From Mobula hypostoma (taxonomy: Eukaryota), in assembly GCF_963921235.1 (NCBI RefSeq), contig NC_086109.1, forward strand, positions 30,320,001 to 30,384,000: a DNA stretch of 64,000 bases. The letters run 5' to 3'. The translations under genes were made by a program, and so were the position numbers. Under the pieces are notes generated by a model. The model had not been told where the DNA came from. It saw nothing but the letters and a program-made list of their open reading frames with translations, and did not search any database. How positions within the stretch are numbered: position 1 is the stretch's first letter; the number at the start of each line of letters is the position of its first letter. This document shows, one piece after another, positions 1 to 12,895 of this stretch.

Positions 1-80
1 CTTTAGTTACATATCCTCTCTTTCACAATGCCACTGCCCAAACTTATGGCCTCTGCAGTAAGAAAAGACTTTAGTACTTG

Positions 81-494
81 CACTCCATGGCCACTCTATT
101 GGGTACACCTGTACAACTCATTAATTCAAATACATATCTAATCAGCCAATTATATGGCTGCAACTCAATGCATTAAAACATGCAGGCACAGTCAAGAGGT
201 TCAGTTGTTTTTCAGATCAAACAACAATGGGGAAGAAATATGATCCAAGTGACTTGGACAATGGAATGATTGTTGGTGTCAGACAGGGTGCTCTGAGTAC
301 CTCAGAAACTGCTGATCTAGTATTTTCACACACAAGTCTCTAGAGTTTACAGAGAGTGCTGCAAAAAAAGAAACATCCAGTGAACGACAGTTCTGTGGGT
401 GAAAACACCTTGGTAATGAGAGAGGTCAAAGGAGAATTGCCATACTGGTTCAAGCTAACTGCAAGGCAATAGTAACTCAAATAACTACGCGTTA
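81..494 (+). mobile_element. Tc1-derived non-autonomous DNA transposon, left part (interrupted by CR1)
   Basis: Degenerate TIR CACTCCATGGCCACTCTATTGGGTACA, then a Tc1 N-terminal HTH-coding relic (MGKKYDPSDLDNGMIVGVRQGALSTSETADL). Homologous to copies at 12385-12895, 46634-47165 and 56693-56895. Confidence 0.85.
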
Positions 495-1403
495 AGATAA
501 TCAGAAATAGGAGCAGGAGCAGGCCGTCTGGATCATTGGCCCCCGCTCCACCATTCAGTAAGATCATAACTGATCTGGCCATGGACTCATCTCCACCTAC
601 CTGCATTTTTCTCCAGAATTCCCCTACAATACAAAAATCTATCCATCATCCTCTTAAATGTATTTACTGTGGTAGCCTCCACAGAGAGTTCCACAGATTC
701 ACCACTCTCTGGGCACAGCAGTTCCTCTTCATCTCTGTCCTAAATCTATTCCCCGAATTTTAAGGCTATGTCCCCTACTTCTAGTCTCACCTATCAGTGG
801 AAACAATTATCCTGCCTCTATCTTATCTATCCCTTTCATAACCATATATGTTTCTATAAGATCTCCTCTCAGTCTTCTGAATTTCAGCATGTACCATCCC
901 AGGCAACTCAATCTCTTCTTGTAGTCTAACCCCCTCATCTCTGGAATCAACCTGGTGAACCTCCACTGCACTGCCTCCAAAGCCAGTACATCCTTAAGTA
1001 AGGAGACCAGAACTGCATGCAGTACGCCAGGTGCAGCCTCACTAGTACCCTGTAGAGTTGCAGCATAGCTTCCCAGCTCTTCAGTTCAATCTCTCTAGCA
1101 ATGAAGACCAACATTCCGTTTGCCTTCTTGATAGCCTGCTGCACCTGCAAACCAACCATTTGCAGTTCATTCACATGATCCCCTGCATAACAGGATGCTG
1201 CAATTTTTTACCATTTAAATAGTAATCTGCTGTTTCATTTTTCCTTCCAAAGTGGATGACCTCGCATTTACCAACAATGTACTCCATCTATCAGACCCTT
1301 GTCCAATCATTTACACTATCTATATCTCTCTGAAGATTCTCTGTATCTTCTGAACAATTGACTTTTCCACCCAATTTAGTATCATCAATCAACAAACTTA
1401 GAT
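495..1403 (-). mobile_element. CR1 LINE, 5'-truncated 3' fragment
   Basis: ORF 947..1174 (KKANGMLVFIAREIELKSWEAMLQLYRVLVRLHLAYCMQFWSPY) is the CR1 ORF2 C-terminus; CR1 3' UTR lies at about 495-560. Confidence 0.9.
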
Positions 1404-2625
1404 ACCATAAGACCATAGATATAGGAGCAGAAGTAGGCCCTTCAGCCCGTCGAGTCTGCTCCACCATTCAATCATGGGCTGATCCAATTCATCCAGTCAT
1501 TCCCACTTCCCTGCCTTCTCCCCATACTCTTTGATGCCCTGGCTAATCAAGAACCTATCTATCTCTACCTTAAATGCACCCAATGACTTGGCCTCCACAG
1601 CTGCATGTGGCAACAAATTCCACATATTTACCATCTCTGACTGAAGTAATTTCTCCGCATCTCTGTTATAAATGAACATCCTTCAATTCTGAAGTTGTGC
1701 CCTCTTGTCCTAGACTCCCCCTACCATGGGAAATAACTTTGCCATATCTAATCTGTTCATGCCTTTTAACATTCAGAATGTTTCAATGAGATCCAACTGC
1801 ATTCTCCTGCACTCCAGGGAATACAGCCCAAGAGCCGCAGATGTTCTTCTTACAGGAACACTTTCATTCCTGGAATCATTCTTGTGAACCTTCTCTGAAC
1901 CCTCTCCAATGTCAGTATATCCTTTCTAAAATAAAGAGCCCAAAACTGCACACAATACTCCAAGTGTGGTCTCACGATTGCCTTACAGAGCCTCAACATC
2001 ACATCCCTGCTCTTATATTCTATACCTCTAGAAATGAATGCCAACATTTCTGCACCACCGATTCAACCTGGAAGTTGATCTTTAGGGTATCTTGCACAAG
2101 GACTCCCAAGTCCCTTTGCATCTCTGCATTTAGAATTCTAAATAATAGTCTGCCCATTTATTTCTTCCACCAAAGTGCATGACCATACACTTTCCAACAT
2201 TATATGTCATTTGCCACCTCCTTACCCATTCCCCTAAACTATCTAAGTCTCTCTGCAGGCTGTCTGTTTCCTTAACACTACCTGCTCCTCCACCTATCTT
2301 TGTATCGTTGGCAAATTTAGCTGCAAATGCATTAATCCCATGGTCCAGATCACTGACATACATCGTAAAAAGCAGTGGTTCCAACACCGACCCCTGTGGA
2401 ACTCCATTGGTAACCGGCAGCCAGCCAGAATGGGATCCCTTTATTCCCACTCTCTGCTTTCTGTCGATCGGGCAATGCTCCACCCATGCTAGTAAACTTC
2501 CCTGTAATACCACAGGCTCTTATCTTGCTAAGCAGCCTCATGTGCAGTGCTTGTCAAAGGCCTTATGAAAATCCAAGTACACCACATCTACTGCATCTCT
2601 TTCGTCTACCCTGCTTGTAATTTCC
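1404..2625 (-). mobile_element. CR1 LINE, 5'-truncated (RT domain to 3' tail)
   Basis: ORFs 2130..2513 (GVPQGSVLEPLLF...FANDTKIGG) and 1850..2047 (VRPHLEYCVQFW...QRRFTRMIPG); tail CCATAAGACCATAGATATAGG at about 1405. Confidence 0.93.
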
Positions 2626-2776
2626 TGTGTTACAACAGTGGCATGCAAAAAAGCATCTCTGAATATACACCCGCCAAAATTTGAAGTGGATAGACTACAG
2701 GAGCAGAAGAATACAAACCAATATTCAGTGTCCCATTTGTTAGGTACAGGAGGTATCTAATAAAATGACCACTGTG
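2626..2776 (+). mobile_element. Tc1-derived non-autonomous element, right part
   Basis: Resumes TTACAACAGTG...AGCATCTCTGAA as in the uninterrupted copy at about 47015; ends TAATAAAATGACCACTGTG followed by TA. Confidence 0.85.
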
Positions 2777-5444
2777 TATAACTGGATCTTTTCAAGAAGA
2801 CAGCCAATTTTTCAATGTGAACAGTGGATAGACAATGAGTGTCAGTATTTTGAGTAATGCACATATGCCATAAGAATGCCTGTTATTTGTTACATTCATG
2901 CCGTCTCCGAAATTTGGATTTCCTGTCCACGTGTGAGCCAAGACTATAGTGGGATCTGGATCCAAACTGGTTCAATGATGATCTGTCCATTTTTAATTGC
3001 ATTCTCAATTAAACTTCTTGTCGCTTTGCTAATGATTGAGGATAGATAGTAGAACCAGTAACTGGCCAAACTGAATTTGTTTTGCCCCTTTTCTGCTGGC
3101 TATACCTGGGTAACTTTTGACTTTGTCAGGTTACATGGTGTTTGGTGAGACTTTTCAGAATCAGCCCCACCTTCCCCCTATACTGTATGCATTAATTCCC
3201 CATAAAGCCAAAATAATTATCAATCTCGGTTCAGAATATTCTCATTAACTAAGCATACTCAACACTTGCCATGTCAAAAATTCTAAATATTAACAATCCT
3301 GAGAATGATGATATTTTACCTCGTCTGAAGCAGAAGTATTTTATCCTTTACCACAAGACCAGCACCTTATTCTCCATTTCTGTTTCCAGGGAGGAAATAG
3401 CCTTTGGCATCTCCCCTGTCAAACCGACCAGCTTCTAAAGATAAAACTGCCTGTGGGATCACCTCTCATTTCTTAAAAGCTAGACAATATAGGTCTATAA
3501 TTTTTTTTCTCAAATGTTACTCCTCCCATCACTGAAATTATCTACTAACTGATCCTCATTTTGCTGCTGGTTCTTTTGCCAATCACCTTAAATCTGTATC
3601 TTCTGATTACAAATACGTACGTTCCTGGAATCAGTTTCTCTGTATTAATGCAAAAACAAATAAAACTGCAGATATGAATTAAAAACAAAATTACTTAAAT
3701 AACTCAGTTAAGCAGCATCTGTGGAAAGAGATATAATTCATCTCTCTGTTCAGACACCTGTCCTCAGAACTGATACTTAATGGGCTGAGCTCTTCCAGCA
3801 TTTCTGCTTTTGTCGCCTATTTTATAAATCAAAGGTGGTCATGATTATAAGCACCCTACCAATCAAATCTTTTCTTAAGCTTTATTCTCTGCTTTAAGAT
3901 GAGCCCTGTATATTTTTTCCAAATAACACTAGTCCTTGACCTCTGAAATCTCTACAATGAGTTGTGCATGCAAAGAGGAAAATGATTGAATAACAACAGT
4001 ATTCTTGATTGAATCATTTACACTAAAAGGTTTTGAAATGAAAGCTTCAATTATTTGACATCAGATTGCCAAGTCCACACTGTAGTCATATCAGTGACAT
4101 TTCCCTTGAATAATTCTACTTTACTGTCAAGGTGGATTTCCTATGGAACAGAAATTCACTACTTAGCTTTGTGTGTTGGGAAAGGGCATGAGATCTACTG
4201 AAAGTATGCACTCTAAAAGTGTTGATGTATTTTAATGAATGTGGACTGGGAATGTCAACTTATATGTTAATGAACCTGACACTTGCCAGTTTCTTACAAC
4301 TCTCTGAGCAAAGACATTACTCTTGGGTAAATCAACCTTTATTTTCCTATTTTGTGCATAGCATAGCTATTTTCTCCCTTGTCTGAACTTGAATGCTGAT
4401 CGTGAACTGCAAAATTCTACCTCAAGTTAATTACAATTTAAATAAAAGCTCATCCAGTTGGAACAAATGCAATTACTTTATGTGACTCCTAATTGACTCT
4501 CTTTATTGCTTACACCAAGCTGTAATTGACTGGTAATAGCTTCTTGCATCTATGTTGATTAATTAATATATTCTCTAAGGATAATACCCTCTTTATCATT
4601 GTTAAAATGATCTGACATTAGCTGTAATCCATGTGGAGACACTGATACCATCAAAGACCCTATTGTGATTTGGAGGAATAGGCCAACAATGCAAATAAGG
4701 AATGATTTCTGAATTTCCAAATATCTTTTGATAAGAAAGCTTTATTGGAATATTACAACTTGAATTATAAATGTCATGTTTTATTTTCTATCTGAAGCAA
4801 TTAATATTTAAGCAAAAATTTATAGGTAGAAATACAGATAAGGAACCAAACCAACAAAAATTTGATGGGATTCAAAAAATGGCCATAGAAAAAGGGATTG
4901 AGTGAATAATAGCCTTGTGTCTGCCTGTAATTTGTAAAATAGATTTTCTCAAGTTTCTCTCCAAATCTTGACAACAGCACAAGTACAGAGGAAAACATCA
5001 TGAATTCAATTTATGTATTCATACACAAGATTATTCACTTAATCTCAAAAAACAGTAACCACCAATGGAAAAACATCTGGATACATTTATATAACATCAT
5101 TAATACACTTTACAGAAATGCAGTTTGAAGTGATGCCAAAAGCAGTACCAATGATGTTTGAAAAGGAGTATAAAATCAGCCTCAGAGGTGAGTTTTGATG
5201 AACATTGCAGGAGGCAGGTAGATGGATTGACAGTTAAGTATAAGGACGTGTGGAGACTGGTTTGCTGAAAGCCACACTGAGCAATAGTGGGTGAAGAGCA
5301 AGGGTGTACAAAAAGTGAGAACTGAAAAATTCACCATGATCTTGGAGAACAAAGCGGCAGTAGAGATGAAAAGATTTAAACTAAAGATGAGATTTTTTAT
5401 TTGTGATTTTGGTCAGAAATTCAACGCTATTGTCACAGTAAAGT

Positions 5445-5859
5445 AGCATCCATTATCAGGGACTCCACCACCCAGGACATGCTCCCTTCTCGCTGCTGTC
5501 ATCAGAAACGAGGTATAGGAGCCTCAGGACCCACACCACCAGATTCAGGTACATTTATTACCCCTCAACCATCCGGGTCTTGAACAAAAGGGGATAAATG
5601 CGCTCAATTGCACATACCCCATCATTGAAATGTTCCACAATATATGGAGTCACTTTCAAGGACTCTTCATCTGATGTTCTTGATATTTATTGCTTATTTA
5701 TTTATTATCATTATTTCTTTCATTTTGTATTTGCCCAGCGCAGTGTTTGTTAGCCCTATTGGTGAGGTCTTTCATTGATTCTATTGTTGGACTTATTTGA
5801 GTATGACTGGAAGAAAATGAGTCTCAGAGTTGTACTAAATATAGTAACTTATAGACATG
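5445..5859 (+). mobile_element. Rex1/Babar-type LINE 3' fragment (tail resumes 7381-7410)
   Basis: SIIRDSTTQD/HTTRFR-type 3' coding relic, similar to 15470-15870. The tail TGTACTTTGATAATAAA continues after the Tc1 insertion. Confidence 0.75.
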
Positions 5860-5861
5860 TA

Positions 5862-7378
5862 CAGTGCCTATAAAATGTCCATCCTCCCTGGAAATTTTCA
5901 TGTTTTATTGTTTTACAACATTGAATCATGGTGGATTCTTTCATGTCAAAATGAAAACAAATTTCTACAAATTGGCCATAATTTGTTACAATTATTAAAC
6001 ACAAAATAATTAATTGCATAATTACTCACCCCCTTCAAGTCAGTATTTAGCAGATGCACATTTGACAGCAATTACAGTCTTGAGTCTGTGAGGATAGGTC
6101 TCTGTCAGCTTTGCCTATCTGGACACTGCAATTTTTACCCATTCTTCTATACAAAACTGCTCAAGCTCTGTCAGATTGCTTGGGGATCGTGAGTGAACAG
6201 CCCTTTTCAAGTCCAGCCACAAATTCTCAATTAGATTGAGGTCTGGACTCTGACTTGGCCACTCCAGGACATTAACTTTGTTGTTTTAAGCCATTCCTGT
6301 GTAGCTTTGGCTTTATGCTTGGGATCATTGTCTTGCTGGAAAACAAATCTTCCAAGTTGCAGTTCTTTTGCAGACTGCATCAGGTTTTCCTTTGAAATAT
6401 CCCTGTATTTTACTGCATTCATTTTACCCTCTACCTTCACAAATCTTCCAGTGCCTGCAGCCAGCACCATGTTTCATGGTAGGGATGGTATGTTTTTGAT
6501 GATGTGCGGTGTTTGGCATAGCATTTAGACTGATGGCCAAAAAGCTCAAATTTGGAACAATCAGGCCAGAGAACCTTCTTCCAGCTGACTTCAGAGTCTC
6601 CCACATGCCTTTTGGCAAACTGAGAATTCATTGAGTTTTTCTTTCAACAGTAGTTTTCTCTTTGCCACCCTCCCATAAAGCTGCAACTGGTGAAGCACCC
6701 AGGCAACAGTTGTTTTATGTGCAGTCTCTTCATCTTAGCCACTGAAGTTTCTAACTCCTCTAGAGTTGTCATAGGTCTCTTGTTGGCCTCCCTCACTAGT
6801 CCCTTTCTTGCACAGTCACTCTGTTTTTTGAGGACAGCCTGCTCTCGGCAGATTTACAGCTGTGTCATATTCTTTCCATTTCTTGATGACTTAACTGTAC
6901 TCCAAGAAGTATTCAGTGACTTAGAAATTTTATTCTATCCATCTCCTGGCTTGTGCTTTTCAATAACCTTTTTGCAGATTTGCTTGGAGTGTTCTTTTGT
7001 TGCTGGGATACTGACTCACCAGCAGTGGGACCTTCCAGATACAGGTGTACTTTTATTACAATCAATTGAAACACCTTGACTGCACACAGGTGATCTATTT
7101 AACTAATCATGTCACTTCTAAAACCAATTGGTTGCATTAGTGGTGACTTAATGTGTCATATTAAAGAGGGTGAATACTTGTGCAATCAATTATATTGCGT
7201 TTTTTATATTTGTAGTTAATTACGATTATTTTGTAGAGTCTGTTTTCATCTTGACAGGAAAGAGTCATTTTCTGTTCTCAGTGTCAAAATACCCAAATCC
7301 AATTCACTGAGATTCAATGTCGTAAAACAATAAAGCTTGAATACTTCCAAAGGGGGCAAATACTTTTTATAAGCACTG
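5862..7378 (-). mobile_element. Tc1-family DNA transposon, both ends present, defective transposase, long TIRs
   Basis: TA at 5860-61 and 7379-80; ends CAGTGCCTATAAAA and TTTTATAAGCACTG; about 180-215 bp imperfect inverted repeats. Transposase motifs WKKVLWPDCSKFELFG, FVFQQDNDPKHKAK and [11 protein letters not shown] occur in broken frames. Confidence 0.95.
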
Positions 7379-8064
7379 TATGTACTTTGATAATAAATTT
7401 ATTTTGAACTGGGATTGATCAAATTGTGAGGAATTTGAACTAACCAGAACAATAGCTATGGAGTTTGCAGTGAAGGCTAAAGACAATTGCTGTCTGAAGC
7501 CAATATTTAACTACAGGAAGCTATGATTCCTTCAGAGACCCAAGAGATTCTGCAGATGCTGGAAATCTTGAGCAGTATTTACAAAATGCTGGAGGAGTTC
7601 AGCAAGTCGGCAGTATCTATAGTGGGGTGTAGACTGCTAACATTTTGGGCTAAGATGCTTCATCAGGACTGTAAAGGAAGGGAACAGTGGTCAGAACAAT
7701 AAGGTGAGAGCAGGGGTAGGAGTACAAGGTGGCAGCTCATAGGTGAGACTAGGTGATGGGGAAGCTGGGTGGGTCAGGAAGGGTACGAAATAAGAATCTC
7801 GGGGGGGAGGATAGGTAAAGGGTTAAAGAAGAAAGAATCTATTAGGAGAGGACAATGGATCATGGAAGAAAGGGTAGGAGGGGAACCAGAGAATGGCAAT
7901 GGAATGGTGAGAAGAAATGAAGGGATGAAAGGGAAACAAAATTGGTAAAGGAGAAAGAGGGGTAAAAACTACTAGAAGTTGGAGAAATCGATCAAAATGG
8001 GAGGCTACCCAAATGGGAAATGAGGTGTTACTCCTCCAGCCTGAGATTTTCCTCATCATCACAG

Positions 8065-9305
8065 TACTGATGTACCCTGGAGAGCATTCTAACTGGCTGT
8101 ATCACCATCTGGTATGGGGTGGTGGGCAGGGATACGGCACAGGATCAAAATAAGTTGTAGAGAGTCATAAACTTAGCTCCATCATGGGCCCAACGTGGTA
8201 TCCAGGACATCTTCAAGGAGTGATGCCTCAAAAAGGCAACATGCATCATTAAGACTGTCTTGTCTCCCTTTCTCTTCACCATTTTCATCTCGGACTTCAA
8301 CTACTGCACAGAGTCCTGTCATCTTCAGAAGTTTTCGGATGACTCTGCCATAGTTGGATGCATCAGCAAGGGAGATGAGGCTGAGTACAGGGCTATGGTA
8401 GGAAACTTTGTCACATGATGTGAGCAGAATTATCTGCAGCTTAATGTGAAAAAGACTAAGGAGCTGGTGGTAGACCTGAGGAGAGCTAAGGTACCGGTGA
8501 CCCCTGTTTCCATCCAGGGGGTCAGTGTGGACATGGTGGAGGATTACAAATACCTGGGGATACGAATTGACAATAAACTGGACTGGTCAAAGAACACTGA
8601 GGCTGTCTACAAGAAGGGTCAGAGCCGCCTCTATTTCCTGAGGAGACTGAGGTCCTTTAACATCTGCCAGACGATGCTGAGGATGTTCTACGAGTATGTG
8701 GTGGTCAGTGCTATCATGTTTGCTGTTGTGCGCTGGGGCAGCAGACTGAGGGTAACAGACACCAACAGAATCAACAAACTCATTCGTAAGGCCAGTGATG
8801 TTGTGGGGATGGAACTGGACTCTCTCATGGTGGTGTCTGAAAAGAGGATGCTGTCTAAGTTGCATGCCATCTTGGTCAATGTCTCCCATCCACTACATCA
8901 TGTACTGGGTGGACACAGGAGTACATTCAGCCAGAGACTCATTCCACCGAGATGCAACACAGAGCATCATAGGAAGTAATTCCTGCCTGTGGCCATCAAA
9001 CTTTACAACTCCTCCCTTGGAGGGTTAGAGACCCTGAGCCAATAGGCTGGTCCTGGACTTATTTCATAATTTACTGGCATAATTTACATATTACTATTTC
9101 ACTATTTATGGTTCTATTACTATTTATTATTTATGGTGCAACTGTAACGAAAACCAATTTCCCGGGATCAATAAAGTATGACTATGACTAAGGTCTCCGA
9201 TTAACCAAGCTATGCCTTGTTCCATTGCACTGTCAGAGAGGAGGTACAGAAGCCTGGAGGCACGCACTCAGTGATTGAGGAACAGCTTCTTCCCCTCTGC
9301 TATCA
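8065..9305 (+). mobile_element. Older Rex1/Babar fragment (8065-8253 plus 9191-9305) hosting a younger Rex copy
   Basis: ESILTGCITIWYG relic at about 8080; AGGTACAGAAGCCTG...AGGAACAGCTTCTTCCCCTCTG resumes after 9190. Confidence 0.75.
8254..9190 (+). mobile_element. Young 5'-truncated Rex1/Babar LINE (RT C-terminus and 3' tail)
   Basis: VLSPFLF...FSDDSAIVG, a TGA stop at about 8417, then ORF 8446..8979 (KTKELVVD...YKYLG...RLYFLRRLRSF); tail AATAAAGTATGACTATGACTA. Confidence 0.92.
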
Positions 9306-10114
9306 CAGGGTGGTAGGTAAGGACAAGGGGAACTCTATCTCTGTTAAAACAGTGGGAAGATGGGATGAAGGCAGATGTGTAGGAAATGAAAGAGATGCTG
9401 GAGAGGGCAGCATCAATGGTGGCAATGCTTTCTCCAACCTCCAAAAATGACAATCTTCCCTCCCTTGTTTCTTTTTTCCATTCTCCATTCTAGTTTTTTT
9501 TTCCCTTTTCTTCTCCTCACCTGCCTATCAACCCCCTCCGGTTCCCCTCCTCCATCACTTTCTTCCATGTTCTGTCCAATAAGATTTCTCCTTCTTCAGC
9601 CCTGTACCTCTTCCGCTTATCACCTCCCAGCTTCTTGCTTCGTCCCCCTCCCCCACCCACTCACCTTCCTCCTACCTGATGTCACCGATCACCCACCAAC
9701 TTGTATTCCTTCCCCTCCCCTCACCTTCTTCTGGTATCTGCTGTCTTAATGAAGGTCTCAGCACAAAGTGTCAACTTAATTCCCTTCCATAGATGCTGCT
9801 TGACCCAAGTTCCTCCTGAATTTTGTGTGTGATTCTTTTAGGTCCAGTTGTCAGAAAGAACTCTGGCTGTATAAAAGTGGTTCTGGGATGATGCTCACTA
9901 TTGGTACTGACCATTACAAAACCTTGCAGCTGTGGATGTAATGGCTTTGGAACAGTAAGTGGCCAAGAGCAAAGAGTGGGCAAGGAGTGATCCCTGAGGG
10001 AACTACAGCAGTTGTTGTGCAGGGGGCGTAATAGAGGCCGTTATGCCTGATATCCATTGGAGAGAATCAGGGAGTGATATTGTGGTTGCTTACCAAAAGA
10101 TCAAGGAAGTAAAT

Positions 10115-10470
10115 GAGATCATCCTAATATGCTGCATCACTGCACGTTACGGAAACTACACCGCGGCAGACAGAACGGCTCTAACGTGGGTTGTCAAAAC
10201 TGTCCAGTGTATCATCAGCACTGGCCTACCCACCATCAAGGATATGTATAGAGAAAGATACTGGATTAGAACCAGTAACATCAGGAAGGATCCCACCCTA
10301 CCCTGCTTATGAACTGTTTTTCCCACTCCCATTGTGCAGACTACGTAGCATTCATGCCAGCACCACCAAACTGCACTGCATCGGATCTGGAGTAACAATT
10401 ACAAACGCTTGTATTTTGTTCTCCTTAACACTTGTGTACTGGAAATGACATTAAACAATCTTGAATATTA
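10115..10470 (+). mobile_element. Rex1/Babar LINE 3' fragment
   Basis: ILICCITARYGNYTAADRTALTWVVKTVQCII in ORF 10043..10312; tail CATTAAACAATCTTGAAT. Confidence 0.8.
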
Positions 10471-11417
10471 AGGAATTTTGAAAGTCAAAATAAACCTCAT
10501 CAAAGACGGCTTTTTGGATGCCTCAGGAGATTCTGTTGATCAAATAAAGAGATTTGAGTTGCTCCACCCTATTTGTCACATATCACTTCCAGAACATCAA
10601 ACACTAAGTATATATGTAATAGTGATTTTCCAAAACCAATAGCCATTTAAAGTACCTTTGCTCTAGCAAACCTCGAGTTATCTGATTGCATCCTGCATCG
10701 CCATTCAGCTCATGACTTGAATGATTTTGTTAGGCAACTTACTTTCCTTGCACTGACATGTTGACAAATGAGGTTAAAATGTCACTGTAACTTTAAAAGT
10801 CTGTTAGGTAAATGAATATACTGTCTGCTTCTGCCAATGATGACAAATGCCTCTGCACGATTGTATGTTAATTGATGTATAAAGTGCTTGTGAAGTTGTA
10901 CTTAGTGCAGGAATTTTTAAAAGTACTGTATCTCAATCTCAAAATGTGAAATGTTGAGAGCTTCTTCTTCTGCTGGCTTTATCCAAATTCACACTACCTT
11001 GTTGTCCAAACACCCTTGTGTTTGTTGTCCTTCATTTCCCCTCACTAAATTCCACTGCATCAACCATGCCTTCATTATTTGTTCTCCTTTTGGAAATCAC
11101 CAACCTTACAACTAGCTAAGATCACACCTCCTGTTAATTGGTCTCATACAGGTCAAACATTCTTCACCACCTCAATAAATGAGGTTTCATTCACCCTGGC
11201 CCTAGGGTCTGGAATTTATTACCAAGGCTTTACTCCTCCCTACTCCCTTTATCAGACTCTAAGGTAACTCTTTCTGTAAAACATTTTCAGCAATTAATCA
11301 AATTTCCTTTCATAGCTGGGTCAAAAATAATTGTGTAAAGTACCAATGAAGGATGTTTTACCTGTATGACTCCTGATAAATTGCTGTGAGAGTTTCCTTA
11401 TTCCACATGAGCACCTT

Positions 11418-11585
11418 CAAAATGCTGGAGAAACTCTGCAGGTCGGGCAGTCTCTGGAGGGGAATAAACAGTCAACGTTTCAGGCTGTGTATTCCCTTCT
11501 ATTGTTGCTGCCTGACCTGCTGAGCTCCTCCATCATTTTTGTGTGTTGCTGTGGATTTCCAGCATCTGCAGAAGATCTTGTGTTC
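11418..11585. repeat. Short palindromic PLE-terminal-repeat derivative
   Basis: AAAATGCTGGAGAAACTCTGCAGGTCGGGCAG is inverted relative to CTGCCTGACCTGCTGAGCTCCTCCATCATTTT. Confidence 0.75.
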
Positions 11586-12384
11586 AGTGAAGCCCCTTAT
11601 TGGAAACTGAAATTCTAAGTATTTTTCCTCTGCTCAGGGTAAGACAAGATTCCTTGACATAGACCATATGTTCAGTGAATATATATTCTTTTAAATTGCA
11701 CATACTGGAAGTCTGAAAATAAAACAGAAAGTGTTGAAATATCCCAGCAAGTCATGTGGCATCTGCGGAGAACAAAGAAGAGTTAACATTTCATGTCAGA
11801 GACCATTAATCAGAACTGGGAAAGGAGGATTAGTTGCAGAGAAAGTGGTGAAGGAGATAAAAAAGTAGATTGAATTTAGATCAAATATTAAATCTGGCAC
11901 ATTTAGAAATTATAATGTGTATTCATATGGAATACACATGACTCGCACTGACCCACATGCACCTGAAAGCAGCTTGTATCTTGAAAATAATGCTATTGCT
12001 CGAGGAACCAGGTACTGTGTATCCACAGGAGAGTTCAAGTGATACCTTTTACAACCTCTTTATTATCCTGATCACAACTTTCTAGCTTCTGTTTTACATT
12101 CTGGTTAAACTTGCCCTCTGCAAATTCAAAAGCTTGTAGTCACAACAGCAGTCTCCAGTACATTGGTGACCCTGAAGTCCTGCTGTACTTTGCTGTCAAA
12201 ATATCAGCAATATTCAGTGTGCACACTGTCATTTATGGATAAAGTAGCCCACCAATATCCAAAGGCTGCTGTGCTCTGTGGCTGATTTCACAAAAACAAG
12301 ACAGCAGTAGTTGCCTCACTGTTGAGATGCGTTGAAAGATGTCAGAGTTTCTGTATTTGCATGGTAGATATTTAAACCAAATGT

Positions 12385-12895
12385 AAACTTAGTGGCCATC
12401 TTATCAAGTACAGGAGTGGAACATGATTTATCTTCCACTGCTGTGGCCTCAAAGATCGACATGTGTGTTCAGAGATGTTCTTCTGCACCACGATGCTGTA
12501 TTGCATGATTATTTCAGTTACTGTAGCCTTCCTGTCAGCTTGAACTATTCTCTTCCAATCGCTCTTATTAACAAGGCATTTTCACCCACAGAACTATCAC
12601 TCACTGGATTTTTTGTTTTGTTTTTCATACCATTCTCTGTAAACTCTAGGGACTGTTGTGTGTGAAAATACCAGGAGATCAGCAGTTTCTGAGATGCACA
12701 AACCACCTCATCTGGCGCAGTCGCTTCACGGTAAAAGTCACTTAGATCTCATTTGTTCCCCATTCTGATATTTGGTCTGAACAACAGCTGAACACCTTGA
12801 CCATGTCTGCATACTTTTATGCATTGAATTGCTGAAACATGATTGGTTAATTGGCAGGTGTACACGTGTACCTAATAAAGTTGCCAATGAGTGTG
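12385..12895 (-). mobile_element. Tc1-derived non-autonomous element
   Basis: Reverse-complement homolog of the 81-494/2626-2776 copy; ends AACTTAGTGGCCATCTTATCAAGTACA and TGTACCTAATAAAGTTGCCAATGAGTG. Confidence 0.85.

Larger units (their letters stand above)
7539..9835. mobile_element. Penelope-like element with inverted arms, interrupted by Rex1/Babar insertions
   Basis: Left arm (minus) has the terminal repeat at 7539-7680, a GIY-YIG end relic at about 7975-8060, and the linker IDAALSSISFISYTSAFIPSSHCFNRDRVPLVLTYHP at about 9306-9420. Right arm (plus) at 9420-9835 has a pyrimidine tract and the terminal repeat. Confidence 0.8.

Noticed and set aside
7636..7672. Further active hammerheads (also at 9742, 21805, 36068, 42745, 52746, 63514)
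   Set aside because: Each has mutations in CUGANGA, GAAA or the stems, often from CpG decay; treated as relics.
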